Assembly (NCBI RefSeq): GCF_006345805.1
Contig: NW_021833519.1
Coordinates: forward strand, 1 to 28,660
Origin: Octopus sinensis
Taxonomy: Eukaryota
DNA length: 28,660 nucleotides
Reading direction: 5' to 3'
The position numbers and the translations under genes were made by a program. Below are positions 20,489 through 28,660 of the stretch, one piece after another. The notes beneath the pieces are model-generated. The model did no database searches and was not told the origin of the DNA. It saw only the letters and a list, made by a program, of their open reading frames with translations. How positions within the stretch are numbered: the first letter of the stretch is position 1; each line of letters opens with the position of its first letter.

Positions 20489-21170
20489 TGATACTCCACG
20501 TGAAACTTTATCACTTCATCTGACTATAAACAGACAAATACGTAGTGAAATACAACATACTATACAGCAACTGTTCTAAAGACAATAATTTCACGCAAAA
20601 TAAATGGCCCACTTTTTGCTCGAGTTCAGATTTCATGGGGAAACTAATAAGTTCCAAATGGAGCTTTATGAGCTGAAACCTTTCGGCTCGGATTGCCATC
20701 AAATACGACAGGTTAAACTACGTTCATCAGAGATCTTCTTAAAGAAAATCCCATATTGGCAAGTAATGATGAACTGGAAAAGTATCTCTGACGATACTCT
20801 CATCGGGATTTAAAGTGAAACGCTTCATGAAGGCTGGAATAAATTTACCAATAGCAAAGCTGACTATCCTCTCGAGAGGTGAGGCAAACTCATTAATCCG
20901 ACTGGGAACAAACATTAGCTTCAGAAAAATTGACTGCGAATGGTTTTGTTGTTACAAATGCCAATCCTACGGGCATATAGCACGTTATTGCTAAGCAGAA
21001 ATAAGATGCTTAACTTGTGGCGGTCCTCATCATAGAAAATAATGCCCAAATCCAAGAGTAAGCACGAAACTCTGTATCAATTGTGGATCCTCAGAACACT
21101 GGGCTACATACGGAGACTGCCCCTTAGCGAAAAATAACAAAACTACAGAAGCCAATCTGATTCCGGATTG
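20450..21170 (+). pseudogene. LINE ORF1 (gag-like, I/Jockey-type) remnant with three zinc knuckles
   Basis: CYKCQSYGHIARYC, CLTCGGPH...C and CINCGSSEHWATYGDCP at 20950-21123. In-frame stops and a frameshift; no intact ORF2 follows. Confidence 0.82.
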
Positions 21171-21635
21171 TACACGCTCTCTAAGAAAGCCCAAAGTGTG
21201 ACCTCAGCTTGGAAAAAACAGCAAACTATTAGCTCCAGTTTTGAAAAATCTGCCAACAGAAGTCCTTAAAAGCAGTGTATCTATTGGAACCCAAACGGGT
21301 GAACCTATGGACGCAAAATATAATGACAACTATACTCAGACCGAGAATTAATTTCGGAGAAAAAACTAACGAGGGACAGGCGACTTAAAATTGCAACACT
21401 CATAATCTAAGAAATATACAACTATTGTTTGGATTAGTTTAAGTAAATATACGTTCTTTACTTTTATTCAAGCAGGGATAATCAAAATTTTACATGCACA
21501 CACATTTAATAATAAAAAAATTAACAAACAATCAGCTAATTAATATCAACGTAATCATCCACCAAATCAATTATTTCTAATTAGGGCAAATTATATATAT
21601 TAAACTCTTCAGCTGATAGTTAATTTTCCGCCAAA

Positions 21636-23210
21636 ATGATATTAATGTTGATAATGAGTTCATTGAGGACTGGTATATTGAGAATATAATGGATAGACTG
21701 TTTGGAGTCATTGCGGATTCCCGCGGAGAAGAGGTTGCTGAACAAGCTGATATTGGGGTACGAAGAGCGGGGAATATACGGATCCCCAACTGTCAATTCA
21801 AGTGACATTGTGAAGGTCTCAATGGGCCTGTCACTAATCCAAGTTGTGGATTTGAATGAAATTGAAGGGACATTGACAACAAGCATTTGGGTGACTCTGG
21901 TATTTTTACACATTAACCTGCAGACTTGGAACGATGTCTACTTGAGGTGGAATCCGAAAGACTACGACAACATAACAAACGTCAAAATCAAGATCGGTCT
22001 CATCTGGTCACCTGACATTGTCCTTTATAACACGTGCTTTTAGTTGTGGCTAAATTAGAGCCGACGATCGACTGAATGAAAAAAGGGAAGCCTTGGCTGT
22101 AGTTGAGCATGACGGACAAGTGCAGTGGATGCCCCAATCGTTGTACAAAAGTTTGTGCGACTTTGATGTGACCTACTTCCCCTTCGACGTGCAAAACTGT
22201 TCCATGGAGTTTGGACCCTGGACGTATGATGACAGTCGAGTCGATTTTGATTTTTATTTGGGCATTCGTCGAGTTATATTAAGCAATTACGTGCCCAGCA
22301 ACGAGTGGGATATTATTGGAAATTCCGGAAGTCGTGTTCTCAAAAAGTACTTTTAGTATTTAAGTATTCAGTTATTCCTGCTGTCCTCAGTATAGATATA
22401 CAATTCTCCGATATTCCGTTCAAATGAGGAGGAAGGTCATGTTCCATTTTTTTACTTTGGTCATCCCTTGCATGCTTCTTTCACTTCTCACAGTCGTCAG
22501 TTTCTGGATTCCTCCGTGGTCTCCAGCCAAAATCATAATCGGTAATTTTATATTACTAGTTGTAGGTCTCAGTATATTCCTTGCTTTTATTCTTCTTTTG
22601 CTTCTCCTTGCTCAGAGTACTCCAAAATCAGCAGTCATCCCCATCATTGGTGTCCTCCTACTTTTATTTCAGGTGAGTTATTTGGGGCCACCATCACCAT
22701 GACTGCTCTTTCAACTCTAGTAGCGATATATATATCCAATATATATGTCACTAAAAATACTCCAGTCCATCCTGTTACTAGAAAAGTCCGATTTGATGTC
22801 ATTCCAACAGATTCTCTTTGAATACTGCGGTCCTTTTCTCGGAATGAGCAAAGAATTGAGCTCCGTTAGAGTTCATTCGAATAGTGAAACTACGAGGGAC
22901 ATAAATTATAGCCAGCAATTACAACAACCGAGACTAATCGTGGAAAATGGCAATTATTCTGACATATTACAGTGTAGATTTCAGGCAGAGCATAGTTAAC
23001 ATTCGAGACTATGCTTTATTCCTACGAAAAAAAACAAACAAGAAACGACAAGATGACTATTTTGTAACTGAACGGAAATATTCTGCTCTGGTTATCGACC
23101 GACTAATCTTTGTTTGCTATTTGTTCTGCATTGTTCTTATTGTCATCACCGATTTGATTAGTAAGATACGTGTTATTTATTTAGAAATTACATATTTTTA
23201 TCGTATGTGA
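21636..23210 (+). CDS. Nicotinic acetylcholine receptor alpha-type subunit (Cys-loop channel), predicted anion-selective, about 450 aa
   Basis: EKRLL..L, WND..L.WNP.DY, IWSPDIVLYN, Cys-loop CDFDVTYFPFDVQNC, loop B GPWTYD, loop C YSCC (vicinal cysteines), M1-M4 and KYSALVIDRL. Introns at 21673-21696, 21900-21923, 22034-22058, 22347-22371, 22542-22565, 22650-22672, 22786-22810 and 23161-23184. One further junction in the M3-M4 loop is unresolved (22974-22995 GT-AG or 22950-22977 GC-AG are candidates). Confidence 0.94.
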
Positions 23211-23268
23211 ATGTCGTCATGCAAATTTGTGATAAATATATTACACAACTCAAATATATAAATACTAT

Positions 23269-23704
23269 TTAACACCCACATAATAGCAAACCAAATGTAC
23301 TTTTCAAATCTTGTCCTCTTTCTATTTCAATAACAGGGTCGGCTTCCACGATGAGCATTCTATGCTTAGGATTGAGCCAAACACGTTTGTTACGAAAAAA
23401 ATCAAGCCGCATATAATGCTTTCTTCCTGATGTCGTTACACAATGAATGCCGTGAAAACCATCAAATACTATGTTTGCACGAAAGAGGGTGAAGACCACT
23501 TTTTTCAACTCTACGAGCCGTCCAATTATGAAACTAGCATATTTCCCAATCGAGCTTCATAAAGACTTTGATTCTTAGAGACTCATTATCTACAATACGA
23601 AACGTTCTCGATGACCTACTTCCTAGGCAAATAAAAGACCTCAATCTTTTTGCCAAAAAATTTCTTTTTTCAAACAAAATGCTGGAGACATGTTTTTTGC
23701 ACAC
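23269..23704 (-). CDS. Candidate unannotated gene convergent with the nAChR (3' exons only; a possible signal-peptide exon lies at 24068-24128)
   Basis: A 28-nt GT-AG intron (23555-23582) joins an open upstream exon in phase to a 286-nt final exon ending LLLCGC*. The stop is 58 bp from the nAChR stop. The 5' exons could not be assembled with normal-size introns. Confidence 0.35.
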
Positions 23705-24399
23705 CTCGCATACAGTAAGATAAACAAAAGAATTTACTCATGGCAAAACCAGCCAGGAAACGTTTATGCCATTACCTAAGCGAGGAACTCACCTTTTGCC
23801 AGATCGGAGTAGAGAATTGGCATCAAGTCAATATTTGGCCTAAAAAATCCGCATCTCGATCACTTCTTTAACGATTCGGAGATTTTACTGATTTTAGATA
23901 ATACAGTTTGCTTTAATACAAAAGTGCAACACGGAAACTCCCTCGATCTTTTTCTCTCCCCATGTCAATCGACAAAGTTGTATATTTTGTGGCCTCGCTA
24001 TTTTCCTGTAGTCAGCGATTCTCCTAATTCAATGTTTCTTCTAATTCAATTCTCAAAAACTATAGACCGAGTGTAAATGTAAACAAAACCAAAATTGGGA
24101 ACGTGATGTTTATCAAAGCCAACTTCATACTAATTTTCAGTCGAACCTGGACAATTTATCCGGTTTATTGATCACCAACGTTGTTCTGTTAATACTAATT
24201 TGACTGAAAACCTAAAATCATCTTTTTTGGAACCCGAAACAGTTATAAATTTGCTGAAAACCGTAGAATTGAGAAGTAAATTGTCAGATAGAAAAAACTT
24301 GTGTCAGGGAACTTTTGCACAAAATCTAAATAGAAAGACTGGAGGCTGCATGCAGAATATTATTAGAAACCAGTGGGAATATTGGCATTTTATTGAGAG

Positions 24400-24981
24400 A
24401 CTCTCTATCGCCATGGTCCGCAATAATGCCCTGGTTTTATATTTATTAAAATTATGACTCAAAAGGTTGAGAAATATCTAAGTTTGTCAAACCAGAATAA
24501 AAATGATATTATTAATTGTCACGTGTTGGATAATGTCCCTGGTTTGCGTCCGCGTCTAAATATAATGGAGAAGATCAAACTTTTTATTCGTATATGAAAA
24601 GAAAAATAGATGAAAAAACCCCAACATGTCACAATGACCTAAAAGAGGAAATTATCCAAATTTGGAGATCAATCCCGATAGAGTTCATACAAAAACTAAT
24701 TTTATCAATGAAGGATAGAAGCTACGCAGTGTATAATGCCAAAGGAGGCAATTCTAGATACTAATTTTTGATTATTTTTAACTGTCCGGTTTCTTTTGTC
24801 GCACCTCGTAATTATTTATGCTTTAAATTTAATGTACAATTGAAAAAAAGATTAAATTAAAAATGTAAAAAATTGTTTTTCGTGTAAATTAATGTACAAA
24901 GGGTGATTTATGTGAAAAAGTTTTAAAATGACTTAAAATAATGGAAATTTTGGCTTGTCCGGTTACTTTTGTCGTGCACTG
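24400..24981 (+). mobile_element. 3' part of a Tc1 element with IR-DR type right end
   Basis: DLKEEIIQIWRSIP...KLILSMKDR..AVYNAKGGNSRY* (stop at 24762-24764). Internal direct repeats TGTCCGGTT(T/A)CTTTTGTCG at 24783-24801 and 24956-24974. Terminus ...GTGCACTG followed by TA at 24982-24983. Left end not found. Confidence 0.82.
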
Positions 24982-25239
24982 TATCATTTCATTAATAATC
25001 CGAAAATGTCTATAGTCTCGTGTTTTGAGAAAATCTTTTAAACAAGTTTCTTAAAACTTTTGAAAATTCTTCATACTAATAAACAATTTTTAAGCATTTT
25101 AATAATTGATTGTAACAATTTAAATTGAACAATTCGAATTTTAAATATTAAGCTACCCTTCTGAGATGTTAAACAGCGATTACTTGTGTCGCCACAATGA
25201 GATGGTAAGGTGCATTTCATCAGGTGTATTTCTCCGATT

Positions 25240-25400
25240 TCTTCCATGTTTTCCAGCTCTGGCGTTCCAGTCACCAGCAATGAAGCACATGTATGAAGAA
25301 CTGAGGGTTTTATATAAATGTGTGAGGGTGGAATAGAATTCATCAAGTTCTTCCGGGTTGGAAAAGGCTCTGATACCAGTTGCGCATACACATTTGACTG
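25240..25400 (-). pseudogene. AP-like endonuclease fragment of an RTE-type LINE
   Basis: CAT....NPEELDEFYSTL...FIAGDWNARAG matches the YAPT..EE.D.FY..L....GDFNA.G motif. Confidence 0.7.
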
Positions 25401-25525
25401 TGACCTTGGGCCTTGGAGCACCGCTATCCTGGCCGAGACGGAGCACACCCGGGTACGTGCTTTTTTAATTTTCGGTTAATTGCAAATCCTAGGCTGTAGT
25501 GACGACAGATCTAATGAGTAATGAG

Positions 25526-28338
25526 TAGGGCAACCAAAAGTCATATAAGTCATATTATTTTTTATTGGTCATATTGATGTTATTTCTATAATTAATAAAC
25601 TATTATTATATTTTTTAATAGTTTTATTAATTTTTTTAGGTCTTATAGGTAATATTTTATGCCGTTAGGTCAGCGGTTCTCAACCTTTTTTAGACTGGGG
25701 ACCACTTTTGCACTATAAAATTTTGTGGGGACCACCTTAAATAAAATAAACATTTTTGGTATTAGCGCACAATTTTTGGCCTCGCCAGGGCCAGGTTTAG
25801 ACATGTTCGAATATTTATTATAAAAATAACATGAACATTATGAAAATAACAGAAAATTTAATAGTAATTTAGTAAGATTCTGATCTTGTTTGCTCAGAAT
25901 AATTTTACTTATATCAGGCTCTATGTTCGACAAAGCTACTCGCATATCATCTTGTACCCGTAGTCTATTTCTATATTTTGTTTTAGAAAAGTCAGACACG
26001 ACATCGCCATTTCACAGTGATAAGTAGTGGGGAATGCAAGTATTGATTCCAATGCAGTTTTACTCAAAATGGGGAATTCTTTCGCCATCTGACACCTAAC
26101 AATAAAAAGTAATTATTAATGAGAATACCAAAAATCTAATAATGAAGTACATTTGAAAATAATCTGAGCAGACTGATTACATTGAAGTTCAATCAAGCTC
26201 TGCTGAAAATTGAGTTCCTGATATTCTTTAAATGAGGTCAAGAAAGGTTGAACGATCCAGTTTGGAATTGGGTCTTCAACAGGAATTTTCTGGGTGTACA
26301 GACTCTTTGTGGGCCTAAGTTGAGAAGGTTTCAGTGAATTGTTTCCAAAATTTTATGGCAAATCATGCATTTTGCCTTTATTTCATTATTTGGGGCAATG
26401 AATTTAGTGAATCCAAATTGTACGTAAGAATCCGACCAAAGACGACGATTCTTGTTAACCATAACTAGAATGATAAACCACGCTAATCAAATCAGATTAA
26501 TTTCAATGTTTTTGATTTATACTTAATTGTACAATTAGTTTTAACTTTAATATATTTTTATTTTTCGAAAATTCCTGGGGACCACTAAAAATTTTCTGGG
26601 GACCACTAGTGGTCCCCGGGGACCACGGTTGAGAACCGCTGCGTTAGGTCATATAATTTTTTTAGGTCATATTTTTTTGTTAGGTCATATTTATATTTAT
26701 TAAATCATATATTTTTATTAATCTTTGTTTAAATTTTGACAATAACACGTTTTCACACGTTTTGGTAGTTGGCCGCTTAAATATTATAGATTACATGCCG
26801 AAACAAAAGCAATCTAACAATCAAAAGTTAAATAAAATAATTAAACGATACCCGTCTGAATTTCAGATTGATTCAGCTGGACGTTTATTTTGTTTGAAAT
26901 GCTCAGTTTTTGTTAATTTTACGAAAACGTTCAATGTGGTGCAGCACAGGGAAACTACCCGGCATAAAAAAGGAACAGACAAAATTTCAAACGCAACTCA
27001 ACACTCTTCCGAAACTTGAAGCAAAGAAAAATTTCGGAATTTGCTTAGTCGAAATGATGACGAAGGCGAATATACCTCTTTACAAAATAAGAAATGAACA
27101 CTTTATTAATTTTTTTAATAATCTCGGATTTACTGTTCCCAGCGAAAGTTGGTGCAGAAATATAGTTCCAGATTTGCAATATCAATTGATTGAAATGCTT
27201 AAAACAATTATTTCTGGAAAAGATATATTCATACTTGTTGATGAAACGGAAATCAATAAACAGAAATTTGCTAACGTTCTTTGTGGGACTATTGAAAGTC
27301 CTGAAAAAATTTATTTATTAAATTGTTTGGAAATTGAAATTTGTGATGCATCTGCAATTTGTAGAATTGTGGATGACACAATTCGAATTTATGATATAAA
27401 AGGGAAAATTTTTTATTATTTATTTCTGATGCTGCCCGTTATATGACTTTAGCAGCGAGTACATTGAAGGTAAAATGATTCATATGACTTGTTTTGCTCA
27501 TCTTCTGCACAATTGTGCATTAAAGATTAGAGCACATTATAAATATATTGACGACTTAATCTTGTCTATCAAAATGTCGATTGTAAAAAATCCCTCCCGG
27601 AGGAGTCTTTTTACAGTTATTGGACTTCCACCTGATGTTGTTCTAACAAGATGGGGCAGCTGGTTGGACGCAGCAAAATATTATAGTCAATATCTTTCAA
27701 GAGTTTGCGAAATTGTCTTATCCTATCCAAATTGTGGAAAGATTGTGATGAATGCGAAAAATACTGTTAGCTCTGAAAATTTGGAGAAAAATCTGGCAGA
27801 GTTAATGGCTTTACAACCCTATTATTGATGAAATCAGAAAATGCCAAGAAAAATTTTATACAATTAAAGATGCAATTGAATTCATTGATTCCGTTAATTT
27901 TGGTGAGGATAATTGTGACTTTAACAAGTATTTTTTAAAGCGGATAAGTATGTTACCATGACGAATATTAAAAATGCTAGAATTTCTAGTATTTCTCCAG
28001 AAACATTTATTTACTTATGGAAATGTCCTTCAACATCAATATCTGCAGAAAGAAGCTTTTCTATGCTGAATAAATTGCTCGAAAAGGATAGAAACTTCAA
28101 GCCAGAAAATATTAAATATTATATGATGCAATATTATAATAAATCATTGATTGAAATGTTTAATTTTTTATATTTTCAAATTCAGAATATCTAAAAATCA
28201 AAATTCGATAGGTCATATTTTGATTTTTTAGGTCATATTTTAATATTTTTAAGTTATATTTTAGAATTTTAAAGTCATAAAGTCATATTTTTTACGGTCA
28301 TATTTAACTTTTTTAAGGTCATATTTCTGGTTGCCCGA
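25526..28338 (+). mobile_element. hAT-related (CGGBP1/DUF659-like) transposon; frameshifted transposase at about 26795-28194
   Basis: Short TIRs TAGGGCAACCA / TGGTTGCCC(GA) and dense (A/G)GTCATA subterminal arrays at both ends. Protein motifs MPK...LFCLKC...QH..T.RH, VDETE, SDAARYM, TCFAH, TRWGSW and SISAERSFS. No TSD is preserved. Confidence 0.82.
25671..26641 (-). mobile_element. Internally deleted Buster-type hAT (971 bp) nested in the 5' end of the larger hAT
   Basis: Perfect 15-bp TIR CAGCGGTTCTCAACC, perfect 8-bp TSD CGTTAGGT (nnnTAnnn) and GGGGACCAC subterminal repeats. A zinc-finger N-terminus (YVQFGF...C.IC...SLKPSQL) is fused to the C-terminus (WIVQPF, LIELQ, FW, FPTTYHCE, KTKYRNRL). 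A 33-nt GT-AG intron is at 26096-26128. Confidence 0.93.
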
Positions 28339-28660
28339 AAACCCCAAAGAGAACGTAGGAAAATATCGATAACAATCAAAAAGAAAAATTTCAAGTACTT
28401 GAAAATTTTATTAAACACTCAAATATCAAAAGTTGAGATCTGAAGGATGGTGCACAGATGTACGCGGCCATCAGGTTACTGCATCGTCGACAGCAGAAAA
28501 CAAAACTGGTTGTACACGACGAACATGCAACAAAATTGAAAATTTAGTTGAAATGGTCTATGAAATTGCCAGCCACTTTGAAATAAAAATTAATGGCAAG
28601 ACCGATTCTCTCAATGAGATTGGAGAACGTTTTCTTAACAACAAAATAACGCATCTTGAA

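Noticed and set aside
21380-21410. LKIATL as the start of LINE ORF2 endonuclease
   Set aside because: Only six residues followed by a stop; too little to support.
28340-28660. Possible coding remnant at the right edge
   Set aside because: Multiple stops, no identifiable motif, and truncated by the window end.

Overview
AT-rich eukaryotic (metazoan) genomic DNA, not prokaryotic. The ORF track is fragmented because the host genes are cut by very short (23-31 nt) GT-AG introns. Two host genes reconstruct well by hand. One is a classical dynamin (minus strand, 9980-12727, 18 introns, 754 aa) whose proline-rich domain is reduced to a single PxxPxR motif. The other is a nicotinic acetylcholine receptor alpha-type subunit (plus strand, 21636-23210, about 450 aa) whose M1-M2 linker reads Pro-Ala-Lys, the signature of anion-selective Cys-loop channels. 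One clean orphan gene and two weaker candidate genes are hidden by micro-introns. The rest is a nested transposon graveyard: two CRE-type RLE non-LTR retroelements (one 5'-inverted and split by a pogo element, one inserted in a Tc1 end), two Ginger-type integrase elements and a Buster hAT that carry host-style micro-introns, a MULE flanked by a 73-bp direct repeat, a CGGBP1-like hAT, Tc1 remnants, a foldback-like element with 21-bp arrays, and LINE fragments. Inference only: metazoan genes with ~27-nt introns plus a spiralian-type anion nAChR best fit a dicyemid mesozoan. All alignments were done by eye, with no database search.
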